A stretch of DNA of 64,000 nt from the NCBI GenBank assembly GCA_964493385.1, contig CAZBNW010000003.1:6509-70508 (forward strand). Direction: 5' to 3'. Both the position numbers and the translations under genes were made by a program. The notes under the pieces are model-generated. The model did not search any database, was not told the DNA's origin, and worked only from the letters and a program-made list of their open reading frames with translations. The DNA comes from an uncultured archaeon. Its GTDB lineage: Archaea; Asgardarchaeota; Lokiarchaeia; Sigyniarchaeales; SOKP01. Position 1 is the stretch's first letter; each line of letters opens with the position of its first letter. This document shows, in pieces, positions 1 through 8,744 of this stretch.

Positions 1-1471
1 GTTCAGTTAGCATATTTTCCTTATCGATTATTGAATTATCTTTTATTAGTGGAGAATCAGTTATTTCCTTAATCCAAGATATAGATTTTTTATGTTCAAT
101 GTTGTTTAAAGCATACTCAATGATTTCTCCGATTATAGAACCATGATTTAATTCACATATTGCTTCTGTTGGGCTATTTTCAGTGTATTGATAACTAAAT
201 AAATTACAACTAGTAATCCATGCATAACTTTGATCAATTACTAAAAATTTGCTGTGGAATTTTTCTCTGCTTTTAATAAACGCTATTTTGTCACTTTTAA
301 AAAGGGGAACTTTTTCCTTTAAATTCTCAATCTCTTCTCCAAGTAATCCCCAAAGAAGAATGACTTTAATATTTCTAGAATCCAATTTTTGAAGCAATGG
401 AATTAAATTATGAATACTGGATTCATTAACAAATGCAGAACCAATTATTACTAACTTTTTTGCTTCATTAAAGGTATTCTCCAATTTTGTTAAGATTTCT
501 TTTCCTTTATTTAGTTCAGCATTAATAAATCCAACATTGGCTCCCAAATCCATCATTTTGGGAATCAGATAATTCAAAGCTTCATTTTCCAAATTGTTAA
601 ATATTTTCTGGAATGCTTTTTTTTTTTCTCTGGTTTTTAGAGGTCTGCTTAGAGCATCCCCAATATCTTTATTGATTTCATTCCATTTTTTTATTAGTGT
701 GTGCCAATGATATTGAGACAAATACTCTTCATCGGCAGGAGTGAGATCATTAATGGTGTATGAATCAATTTTTGTTAGTGATTTCGTCCAAAATTCAATA
801 ACTGATATTGGAATTGTACTTGAATAAGGGATATAATATTCAGTATCATTAATTGTTCTCAATTTCATAGGGATGAACATAGTTCTACTATTAACTGGAA
901 TTAAATCATAAACCCTATTCACGCGTTCAAATATATCACCCTCACTAATATATGTTCTAAGTACCATTTTTGCTGTTTTAATAAGAGTTTGTATAGATAA
1001 ATTCTGAATATTAATATAATTTCGGTGACTGAGTTGAAGTTGTTCTGTAGACTCCATCCATTTACCTCTCAAGCTGGGGGGGACTTTTAAGTAATCTCTT
1101 ATATCATTTAACATCATTATTTGACCCGTAATTGTCTCTTGTACCCAATCTATGGATATAGTTTCAGGAATATCATCTTCTAAATATTCGTTTAAACGCC
1201 CACGATCTATAAAATCTTCGATTTCGGATGACACATATATTTTAGATTTGTCTAAGTCAACAAATACATATTCTTTATACATTAGATCAACAATAGCTTC
1301 TTGAACTAATCTTTTATCAATATTAAAAGCATTAACAATTGTTTCTAGATTATTTTCTTTAACAGCTAACTCTAATATAAAAGGATGGAGGGGATTTACC
1401 TTTTTTCTTCCCTTAAGTTGAACTTTTCCTTCATAAATAATAATTGGAAGTGCTAAATACTTTATTCTCAT
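1..1471 (-). CDS. PLD/HKD-superfamily nuclease-like protein, N-terminal ~490 codons only (continues past the left edge); MkoB-like partner of the upstream helicase
   Basis: Absent from the ORF track because it has no stop in the window. Manual minus-strand translation from ATG (1471..1469) stays open to position 1. It contains HSKFLVIDQSYAWITSCN (codons ~203..256), which fits HxKxxxxD-x6-(G/T)SxN, the HKD signature of Nuc/BfiI/Zucchini-type PLD nucleases. It is preceded by LVIIGSAF...NIKVILLWG. The ATG overlaps the upstream TGA (ATGA at 1468..1471). Confidence 0.7.
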   Translation of the reverse strand, partial: MRIKYLALPIIIYEGKVQLKGRKKVNPLHPFILELAVKENNLETIVNAFNIDKRLVQEAIVDLMYKEYVFVDLDKSKIYVSSEIEDFIDRGRLNEYLEDDIPETISIDWVQETITGQIMMLNDIRDYLKVPPSLRGKWMESTEQLQLSHRNYINIQNLSIQTLIKTAKMVLRTYISEGDIFERVNRVYDLIPVNSRTMFIPMKLRTINDTEYYIPYSSTIPISVIEFWTKSLTKIDSYTINDLTPADEEYLSQYHWHTLIKKWNEINKDIGDALSRPLKTREKKKAFQKIFNNLENEALNYLIPKMMDLGANVGFINAELNKGKEILTKLENTFNEAKKLVIIGSAFVNESSIHNLIPLLQKLDSRNIKVILLWGLLGEEIENLKEKVPLFKSDKIAFIKSREKFHSKFLVIDQSYAWITSCNLFSYQYTENSPTEAICELNHGSIIGEIIEYALNNIEHKKSISWIKEITDSPLIKDNSIIDKENMLTE

Positions 1472-4400
1472 TTAAAGCCCTCCAGAATATCAGATTTAAT
1501 TGCAATCCCTTTTTCCTTTACAAAATGGTACACTTGATTTATTTTTTTAGCTTCATCAGCTTCTTTAAATTGTAAAAAATGAGCAGAACACCCAATAATA
1601 ACCATTCTTTTTCGAACTCTTGAGAACATGACATTTAATCTCTCTTCTTCTATTAAAAATCCTAAGGCTCCTTTAATATCTTTTTTCTTGTTATTTCTTA
1701 CTAAAGAGATTATAACAATATCAGCTTGTTTTCCTTGATAAGAATCAACTGTGTGACAGTTATAAGATAATTCTTGGACATTGAAGGATTTACCTAAATT
1801 TTTATTAAAATTACTAGCTAAATTTTCCCGTTGAGCAGAGTATGGTGTTAAAAAGACTATATCTGAATAATTATTTGATTTAAATTTATCATCATATTCA
1901 AGATTTTTAACCAATTTAGTGATTAGGTTTATTTCACCCCTATTAAGACTGCTACCTTCTGCTGCTTTTTGATCTCCATATAAATTATTAGCCGAAACAT
2001 GAGGAGTATCAATCCATATTAATTGATTTGATTTGAAAAAATCTGGAGAATTAAATGGATCCCCTTCGCTTGGAGCCTTTTTTTTATTAATAAATTTTGT
2101 GTCATAAAAAATTGTTGAAATCATTTCTGAAATTAACGGAGGTAATCTGTATTGGTCCTCCAAAAGAGCGCAAGGATTATATTCTTGGTCGCTATATTGA
2201 GCTTTTACTGTCTTGAAATCTTCAAAAAGCGTTTTAAATAACTTAATATTTTTTAAACATTTATTATAGCTTTCTAGATATAGTGCATCATCCTTTTCTT
2301 CTTCCCTCTGATCCTCATCAAGTATCTCACTTAACGCAATTTCCATTTTATTATATTGGTATGGAGGTAACTGCCTTTGGTCTCCAATTAAAAGCCATCG
2401 ATGACCTAGATTCATTGGAAGTATTAATTCAACGGGATATGATTTAGCTGCTTCTTCTAGTATCACCCAATCAAATGGAGGAGCATTTTGTTTTAGCCAT
2501 TCAATAGCAGATGATGTTGAAGTAGCAAATACAACATTTGCAACTTTTAAAACTTCATCAGTCCAGCGAATGGAAGGATGATTATAGTTATCACTTAATG
2601 TTTTTTTCCATTCATTTTCAACATCTATATCTATGGATTTTATATTATTTGTATTACTCTTGGATTTTGTAAGTATTTCTTTTGTTATTCTCTCTTTAGT
2701 AAAATTTAATATGAAATCTGTTTCGATATATTCTTGCTCTTTCTCTGAACTGATTGTTCGAATCACAATTGGTTTTGGATCTAAACTTTTTGGAATTTTT
2801 TCTACAACAGCTTCAACAAGATGGTCTAACGGGTGATGATCTTTAGAAGATATTAAAATTCGTGAATTTGGATTATTTTTAAGAATTTTTGCCACAATTG
2901 TTGAAGCAATCCAAGTTTTTCCTGTCCCTGGAGGCCCTTGAACTAAATATAAAGGGATAGTGTTTAATATTTGGGATACAATCTTGTTTTGAATTTGAAA
3001 ATCTAAACCTAAATAAAAAGTTCTATACCATGGATTCAATATTGCAGTAAGAAGCAGGTCGTTATCTCTCACATAATCAATTGCGTTGTCTTTTCTCCGA
3101 TATAACTTATAAGACATACTCATATCAAAGGGTCTTATTACTCCCTCTTGAAGTATATCTTTATTTTTCTTCTTTATAGGACGTTCAATTTGAATCCTCA
3201 AGTTATTTTTGTTTATTTTTCTAATTGACCATTGGTTATAATTATCCCAATAAGAAGAAGGAGAATTTGAAGCAGATAATTCAATTAATCCTTTATTTTT
3301 ATTCCTAAACTCATTAATTATATCTAATAGCTTTCTTCTATCATCTCCTACCATATCTTTATCAAAATCTAAACTAATTTCTAATTCTGCAATTTCTTTC
3401 TCATCTGCAGCACTTCTCTTGTAGTCTTTTGTCTGAAATGAAATAATTTTTTCACTATCTAGAACATTTTCAGCCCTTAACATTGTTTGTAAATGCTCTA
3501 CAAACTGTTCTTCTTCATTTCTTATTTTTTTCTGCTCCTTTAGCTCTATTTGTGCCAGGCTCCACATTGTTCTCCATGAAGACTGGGGTTCTCTTATTTC
3601 TCTTCTATCTGTAAATCTAAATGCATTTTTGTAAATTCCAATTGGTCTTTTGTTTTTTATATAAGTAAAGATCTTTCTTGCTTCTTTTGGATAAATATCC
3701 TCCATATTCATTACTTCTTGATTATACGTTCCAGTTCTAAAATTTTGAGAGGGATTTAGAGAGAATGGAATATTGCTTTCAGTTAAAAGAATTAGGGGAA
3801 ATTTTTCATATCCAGTAGCAAATACTTTTGCATTAGAAAAGTTATCTAATAACCATGTATCTGGATTATCACGAATTTCTTGGGGAGATTTGGAAGATTT
3901 CAGTGCAACTTTTTGCAAAAATCGAGAATCTGCTCTATTATACCAATTAATTAATGGTCTGTCGATGAAAAGATTCTTGGTCTCTTCAAATTCTTCTAAA
4001 ATATCATTAATTGCACTTAAAATATCATTAATAGTTTTTGGCCTTTCCTGTGGATTTTGGGATATACATTTAATTATTAAATCTAATTCTGATTTGTTTA
4101 AAATTGAATTAGATGAAAAGAAGAATTCTTTAATCTCATTATAAGCAGAACTCCAATCGCTTAAATTTTTAAATGATTCTTTTGGGAAATTATTGTAAAA
4201 AATATAACATAATACCATTCCTAATGAATAAATATCACCAGCAAAAGGATTTGCGCGAGGTATTTGGTCTTTTTTTTTTAAGAATGATTCTGGAGCTTGA
4301 AATAGTGAGAATTCCTTTGGTTTAACTATATCTTTCTTTGGGATGAAATTGAGGTTATGCAAATATAAACTCCAAGTAAAACCTCCAATTTTGAAGATAT

Positions 4401-4911
4401 TCTCATCAGATTCTTCAGAAAAGAAAATAACACCTGGATGAATATTGCGATGTAATAATTTTGCAACATGTAAACATCTGACTCCATTCAACAAGGATCT
4501 AAATAATAACCATACTTCTTTACGAGATTTTGGATTTTTATCTTTTAAAAACCACAACTCATTAGTTTCATTCATCCATTCTTCTAATGATTTTCCATAT
4601 CTGGAACTTATAAGATAAAGTTTATTTGAATCATAATCAGCAAATGCGTCTAATAGTTGTAATAAAAAATGTCCGCCGCTTATTCCCATTGCTTTTCTAA
4701 TTAATCTTATCTCACGTTCCCAAAGTGTAACTGCTAATCTTTTTGCTTCCTCCTTTTCAGGAAGTTTAAATGTTTTTATCCTTACTAATTGATTATATAA
4801 TTCGTCAATCCCATAATATTCTTCTATATCTTCAGATTGAAAGATTAAGAAATTTGAATGAATTTCTTCACTAATAAAATATCTTTTGGTAGTTTTCGAC
4901 ATTATTGGCAC
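1468..4911 (-). CDS. Fusion of a protein-kinase-like (degenerate, probable pseudokinase) domain with an Upf1/DNA2-like superfamily-1 helicase (COG1112-type, MkoA-like)
   Basis: Kinase-fold landmarks: VRIKTF, HRNIHPGVI (where HRDxKPxN is expected), KIGGF (where DFG is expected), QAPE, DIYSLGMVL. Helicase motifs: GPPGTGKT (Walker A), DWVILEEAAK (II), LLIGDQRQLPP (III), YRLPP (IV), TVDSYQGKQADIVIISLVR (V), LNVMFSRVRKRMVIIG (VI). Confidence 0.85.
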   Translation of the reverse strand: MPIMSKTTKRYFISEEIHSNFLIFQSEDIEEYYGIDELYNQLVRIKTFKLPEKEEAKRLAVTLWEREIRLIRKAMGISGGHFLLQLLDAFADYDSNKLYLISSRYGKSLEEWMNETNELWFLKDKNPKSRKEVWLLFRSLLNGVRCLHVAKLLHRNIHPGVIFFSEESDENIFKIGGFTWSLYLHNLNFIPKKDIVKPKEFSLFQAPESFLKKKDQIPRANPFAGDIYSLGMVLCYIFYNNFPKESFKNLSDWSSAYNEIKEFFFSSNSILNKSELDLIIKCISQNPQERPKTINDILSAINDILEEFEETKNLFIDRPLINWYNRADSRFLQKVALKSSKSPQEIRDNPDTWLLDNFSNAKVFATGYEKFPLILLTESNIPFSLNPSQNFRTGTYNQEVMNMEDIYPKEARKIFTYIKNKRPIGIYKNAFRFTDRREIREPQSSWRTMWSLAQIELKEQKKIRNEEEQFVEHLQTMLRAENVLDSEKIISFQTKDYKRSAADEKEIAELEISLDFDKDMVGDDRRKLLDIINEFRNKNKGLIELSASNSPSSYWDNYNQWSIRKINKNNLRIQIERPIKKKNKDILQEGVIRPFDMSMSYKLYRRKDNAIDYVRDNDLLLTAILNPWYRTFYLGLDFQIQNKIVSQILNTIPLYLVQGPPGTGKTWIASTIVAKILKNNPNSRILISSKDHHPLDHLVEAVVEKIPKSLDPKPIVIRTISSEKEQEYIETDFILNFTKERITKEILTKSKSNTNNIKSIDIDVENEWKKTLSDNYNHPSIRWTDEVLKVANVVFATSTSSAIEWLKQNAPPFDWVILEEAAKSYPVELILPMNLGHRWLLIGDQRQLPPYQYNKMEIALSEILDEDQREEEKDDALYLESYNKCLKNIKLFKTLFEDFKTVKAQYSDQEYNPCALLEDQYRLPPLISEMISTIFYDTKFINKKKAPSEGDPFNSPDFFKSNQLIWIDTPHVSANNLYGDQKAAEGSSLNRGEINLITKLVKNLEYDDKFKSNNYSDIVFLTPYSAQRENLASNFNKNLGKSFNVQELSYNCHTVDSYQGKQADIVIISLVRNNKKKDIKGALGFLIEEERLNVMFSRVRKRMVIIGCSAHFLQFKEADEAKKINQVYHFVKEKGIAIKSDILEGFK

Positions 4912-4940
4912 TTCCTATTATGTAATAATAATATCGTTCT

Positions 4941-4950
4941 TTTATATAAA
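4941..4950 (-). promoter_or_regulatory. Candidate TATA-like element for the minus-strand helicase/PLD operon
   Basis: Palindromic TTTATATAAA lies 30-39 nt upstream of the ATG at 4911 on the minus strand. Such strings are common in AT-rich DNA. Confidence 0.2.
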
Positions 4951-4996
4951 AATGTATTTTGGGACTATTTTTTGTGTTTTATTCACTTGTTAATAG

Positions 4997-5016
4997 TATC
5001 AAATTTTTGCTTGATA
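4997..5016. promoter_or_regulatory. Inverted repeat TATCAA-N8-TTGATA, candidate operator in the divergent intergenic region
   Basis: Read directly: TATCAA (4997..5002), spacer atttttgc, TTGATA (5011..5016). It sits immediately upstream of the TATA-like box of the XRE-led operon. Confidence 0.3.
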
Positions 5017-5025
5017 TAGCGAACA

Positions 5026-5033
5026 TTTATATA
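5026..5033 (+). promoter_or_regulatory. Candidate archaeal TATA box for a leaderless XRE-pAgo operon transcript
   Basis: TTTATATA spans -30..-23 relative to the A of ATG at 5056. This is the canonical spacing for an archaeal TATA box with the TSS at the start codon. A purine-rich AGCGAACA lies just upstream, where a BRE would be. Confidence 0.35.
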
Positions 5034-5055
5034 TGAAACATACTTTATTGTATAT

Positions 5056-5400
5056 ATGGAAAGTAATTTAGGTTCATATTTGAAGCAAATAAGGAAAAAA
5101 TTAAATTTAACCTTACGCGATGTTCAAGCAGAAACAGGAATTTCTAATGCTTATTTAAGTCAACTAGAAAATAGTAAAAGCTCCAATCCTTCTCCTAATA
5201 TTTTACATAAATTAGCAGAGTATTATAAAATATCATATGAATTTCTAATGAAACTTGTAGGTTATCCTACTATTAGTGAAGAGCGTAGAATAACACCATT
5301 TCATAGAATTCAAAGTGATTTTCAAGAATTATCTCAAGATGAAAGAAACCAGGTTCTAGATTATATTCATTTTTTAAAATCAAAAAGGAAAAAACTATGA
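5056..5400 (+). CDS. XRE-family helix-turn-helix transcriptional regulator
   Basis: LNLTLRDVQAETGISNAYLSQLENSK is a typical HTH_3/Cro-CI motif. The stop overlaps the next start (ATGA at 5397..5400). Confidence 0.85.
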   Translation: MESNLGSYLKQIRKKLNLTLRDVQAETGISNAYLSQLENSKSSNPSPNILHKLAEYYKISYEFLMKLVGYPTISEERRITPFHRIQSDFQELSQDERNQVLDYIHFLKSKRKKL

Positions 5401-6350
5401 AATGGTCTATCTCTAAATCTAAAATGTTTTATAAGTGTCAAAGAAAATGGTTTTATTATGATAAAGTTGCTAGTTGGAATGCTCAAGATGAACTTAGAAG
5501 AGAAGCTTACATATTGAAACAGTTAAAAAGTATTTATGCATGGAGAGGAAGTTTAGTCGACACTGTTATTGAGAAATTAATTGTTCCTCAATTAAAAGAA
5601 AAAAATATTCCTACTTGTTCTCAAATTGAAAACTATACTTTAGACTTAATAGAGCGCCAACTTAATTTTGCAAAAGAGAAGAAATATAGAGAAAATGGAA
5701 TAACTAAATCACAAGCTGGTGATGATTTCTGTGCTCTTTATGAAATTGAGTATGAAACTGGATTAGATGACAATTTAATAGATAAAGTAGTTAATGAGAT
5801 TTTTACTTCATTGAAAAATCTGCTAAAATCAAATATAATGCCAAAAATCCTTGAAAATTCAACACATATCTATGCACAACCTGTTTTACATTGCACCTTC
5901 AATGAAATTAATATTATAGCACATCCAGATTTAATTATTTTCTTTTATAAAGAACCACCTTTAATAATAGATTGGAAAGTTCATTTTTATGGAGATAGTG
6001 ATGCTTGGCTGCAATTAGGTATTTATGCTTATGTATTTATGAATTCTACTTTTAATGATTATTTGAATGAACCTCTCAATGATCCAACAAAAATTAGATT
6101 AATGGAATATCAATTGCTAAAAGATTTTCAGAGAGATTATAATATTACCTTAGAAAATATTGCTGATATTGAAGATTATATCTTTAAATCAACCCAAAAA
6201 ATGAATAAAATTCAATTTAATTCAGAGTATGATATTTCCAATGAATCTCAATATAATACAGCAATTCATCCAAAGTATTGTGTGTTTTGTAATTTTAGAA
6301 AATTATGTTGGGAAAAAAAAAAAATTCAAAAAAATTTATGGGAGTTTTAA
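5397..6350 (+). CDS. Cas4/RecB-like PD-(D/E)XK nuclease with putative Fe-S cysteines
   Basis: HPDLIIFF...LIIDWKV fits D...(D/E)xK. WLQLGIYAYVF fits the QxxxY motif. One N-terminal Cys (YKCQRKW) plus C-terminal CVFCNFRKLC (CxxCx5C) gives the Cas4/AddB-type 4-Cys pattern. Confidence 0.65.
   Translation: MKWSISKSKMFYKCQRKWFYYDKVASWNAQDELRREAYILKQLKSIYAWRGSLVDTVIEKLIVPQLKEKNIPTCSQIENYTLDLIERQLNFAKEKKYRENGITKSQAGDDFCALYEIEYETGLDDNLIDKVVNEIFTSLKNLLKSNIMPKILENSTHIYAQPVLHCTFNEINIIAHPDLIIFFYKEPPLIIDWKVHFYGDSDAWLQLGIYAYVFMNSTFNDYLNEPLNDPTKIRLMEYQLLKDFQRDYNITLENIADIEDYIFKSTQKMNKIQFNSEYDISNESQYNTAIHPKYCVFCNFRKLCWEKKKIQKNLWEF
6313..6324 (+). repeat. A12 homopolymer inside the nuclease/pAgo overlap
   Basis: Counted directly: G AAA AAA AAA AAA TT in the nuclease frame (WEKKKI). 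The pAgo reading frame (-1 relative to the nuclease frame) is already open across it. Confidence 0.9.
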
Positions 6351-6355
6351 AAAAA

Positions 6356-8725
6356 ATGAACATGCAAGAAACTAATATCTTTTTGATTGAAAATTTAGAA
6401 GATTTAAATTGTAGATATAATTTATATAAAATACGAGGCTTACACCCAAATTCTGAAGAATATTATAGAAATAAACAACTTTTAATAAATATTTTAAGAA
6501 GTAAAACTCAAACACCAATACAACCTTATAAATCTGATAAAGGGTTTGTAATTGCACAACTTACTGGTTATAAAGAACTGCCAGAATCAGAAATACTTGT
6601 AAGAGCTTCTGTAAAAATTGAAAAACTAGATAAGAGTTATGAGCTTAGATTTGATTCATTAACAGCAGAAACAGCTCCTTTAGCGAAGAAGTTTTTAGAA
6701 TGGGAAATACAACATAAATTTTATAATAATAATACATTATGGCAACCAAGTCCAGGATTCCCATATTATAAAAAGAATCCGGATAATTTTTTTAAAGACA
6801 AATCAAAAAAGGTTGATGTATATAATGGTTTTATATCAAGAATAATTCTCTTAAAAGGAAATAAATTGGGGATATGTGTTGATGTTACTAATAAATATAT
6901 AGCGCGTGAATATCTTCCAACGGAAATCGATAGAGATTTTTTCAATCGCTACTGTCGAGGGAATAAATGTATGTATGAATATGGGAAGAATTGGTATGAA
7001 TTTAAAATTCAATCCTTAAATGATCTAAAAGTTAATGAATACATGCTACCATGGGGTTCTAATTTATTTGAAGATGTACATAATAGAGCTGGAAAATACA
7101 AAACTCCAAGTTTATTAGCGCTACCAGATGATTGTTCAGTAATAACTTATTATAATTCTCGTAATGAAGCTCGTCATGCTCCTTCAGGATTATGCAAATT
7201 AACTTATGGAACTGATCATCCAGAGGTTAAAAAATTACATGATTATACGATAAAACCGCCACATAAAAGACGTAGTGAAATTGCTTTTATTATAAATAAC
7301 TATTTTAAAGATTTAGAATTTTCCCAAAAAGATATAAAATTGTCAAATACTCCATATTTAATACCTAATAAATATTTTAGTTTTCCAGATTTAAAGTTTG
7401 GGAATAATAGAATCTTATCTACTAAAAATCGAACAAATGTTATAAGAACAACTATTGATGAATACGGTAAAAAAAAGAAAGAGCTATTGTATTCAGAAGA
7501 TGCTGGATTATTTAATAAAGATAAAATTCTAGATAGGCAGTATATATTACTACCTAATTCCATCTCTATGACCTATGGACCCCAATTTATTAATGATATA
7601 AAATCAATGTTTAAGAGATTGTATACACACGATTCTGATCTTGTGTATTCTCCCGACGTTTTATATTATAATGACTCAGTACAAAAGAATGTTTATAGAT
7701 TAGGTCAAGAAATCATAAAGACAGTAGAAGATAATCAAATACCCTTTGGATTTGGCTTAGTTATGATTCCCCGGATAAAATCTAAATACAGCAATAAGGA
7801 AGATGAATTAGCTAATCTGGTTATGAAGGAGTTAAGAGATAGAGATCTATATGTATCTATCATACATACAAAAATGTTAAAAAATAGTTATAGTCTACAT
7901 ACAGATAACAATGATAAATTAATTTGTAAAATTATCTCAGACAATAGAGTATTAAGAAAATATAAAGGATACTTACAAAATGTTATTTTAAATAAAATTT
8001 TAATAACAAATAACTATAAACCTTTTATCCTTGGAACACCCTTAATCGCTGATTTAATAATCGGTATTGATGTGAAGAACGAGACAGCAGGATTTACTGC
8101 TATAAATAAAAATAGTGATATTATATTTTTTGACAATAGCGAATCACAGAATAAAGAACAATTAGGAAAAAATGAAGTTAGATCGAAAATTTATCAAATT
8201 ATAAATAATGAAAAAGAGTTTCATAATGTTAAAGATATTGTAATTCACCGTCAAGGAAAAATTTTCCCACCCGAAAAAGAAGGAATAAATTTAGCATTAA
8301 ATCAACTTGCAAAAAAAGATTTAATTTCTCCAAATTTTAACTGCACTTTTGTAGATTTAAGAACAACCTCAAGAGTACCTTATAGGCAATTTTTTATAAA
8401 AACTAATGCTTACAGTCATGGAGAAAAGGTATATAATCCAAGGATAGGGAGTTATTCCATAATGTCTGAGGATGAGGGGTATCTGTGTAATACTGGTTTT
8501 CCTTATTACCATAAAGGAACTACAAATCCAATTCATATTTTAAAGGAAGGTCCTTTAAATATTAATTCAGTATTGAAAGACGTGTTTTATACCTCAAATT
8601 TAACATGGACTAAGGTAGATTATTGTTCGAGGCTTCCAATTACAGTGAAACTGAATGATATAAGATTGAGAGAGATTGCTGGTGAATATGACCAAGATGC
8701 ATTGATTTATGAGGTGGAGGTGTAA
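6356..8725 (+). CDS. Long prokaryotic Argonaute (PIWI-domain protein), probably catalytically inactive
   Basis: PIWI landmarks: LIIGIDV (GxDV, D codon 8069..8071), IVIHRQGK where HRDG is expected (Q codon CAA at 8252..8254), C-terminal LPITVKLNDIRLREIAG. MID/PIWI junction: YLQNVILNKILITNN. The ~580 aa upstream are consistent with N/L1/PAZ-like/L2/MID. The track ORF starts at 6305. I prefer ATG 6356 (MNMQETN), 5 nt after the upstream stop; 6338 is also possible. Confidence 0.8.
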   Translation: MNMQETNIFLIENLEDLNCRYNLYKIRGLHPNSEEYYRNKQLLINILRSKTQTPIQPYKSDKGFVIAQLTGYKELPESEILVRASVKIEKLDKSYELRFDSLTAETAPLAKKFLEWEIQHKFYNNNTLWQPSPGFPYYKKNPDNFFKDKSKKVDVYNGFISRIILLKGNKLGICVDVTNKYIAREYLPTEIDRDFFNRYCRGNKCMYEYGKNWYEFKIQSLNDLKVNEYMLPWGSNLFEDVHNRAGKYKTPSLLALPDDCSVITYYNSRNEARHAPSGLCKLTYGTDHPEVKKLHDYTIKPPHKRRSEIAFIINNYFKDLEFSQKDIKLSNTPYLIPNKYFSFPDLKFGNNRILSTKNRTNVIRTTIDEYGKKKKELLYSEDAGLFNKDKILDRQYILLPNSISMTYGPQFINDIKSMFKRLYTHDSDLVYSPDVLYYNDSVQKNVYRLGQEIIKTVEDNQIPFGFGLVMIPRIKSKYSNKEDELANLVMKELRDRDLYVSIIHTKMLKNSYSLHTDNNDKLICKIISDNRVLRKYKGYLQNVILNKILITNNYKPFILGTPLIADLIIGIDVKNETAGFTAINKNSDIIFFDNSESQNKEQLGKNEVRSKIYQIINNEKEFHNVKDIVIHRQGKIFPPEKEGINLALNQLAKKDLISPNFNCTFVDLRTTSRVPYRQFFIKTNAYSHGEKVYNPRIGSYSIMSEDEGYLCNTGFPYYHKGTTNPIHILKEGPLNINSVLKDVFYTSNLTWTKVDYCSRLPITVKLNDIRLREIAGEYDQDALIYEVEV

Positions 8726-8744
8726 AATTTTGGGTCATATTGGT

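Noticed and set aside
2633-4144. Plus-strand ORFs 2633..2836 and 3773..4144 inside the kinase-helicase gene. Similar short antisense or off-frame ORFs occur throughout the track (e.g. 6372..6557, 7300..7563, 9895..10254, 22495..22737, 24046..24402, 37350..37697, 49160..49552, 56361..56666, 58712..59044).
   Set aside because: All are nested in, or antisense to, long motif-supported genes. Their hydrophobic or low-complexity translations are typical of shadow ORFs in AT-rich DNA.
6305-6355. The track's N-terminal extension of the pAgo ORF (MLGKKKNSKKFMGVLKK).
   Set aside because: It overlaps the 3' end of the nuclease gene and is mostly encoded by the A12 tract. ATG 6356, just after the upstream stop, is the more economical start. 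It is kept only as part of the frameshift hypothesis.
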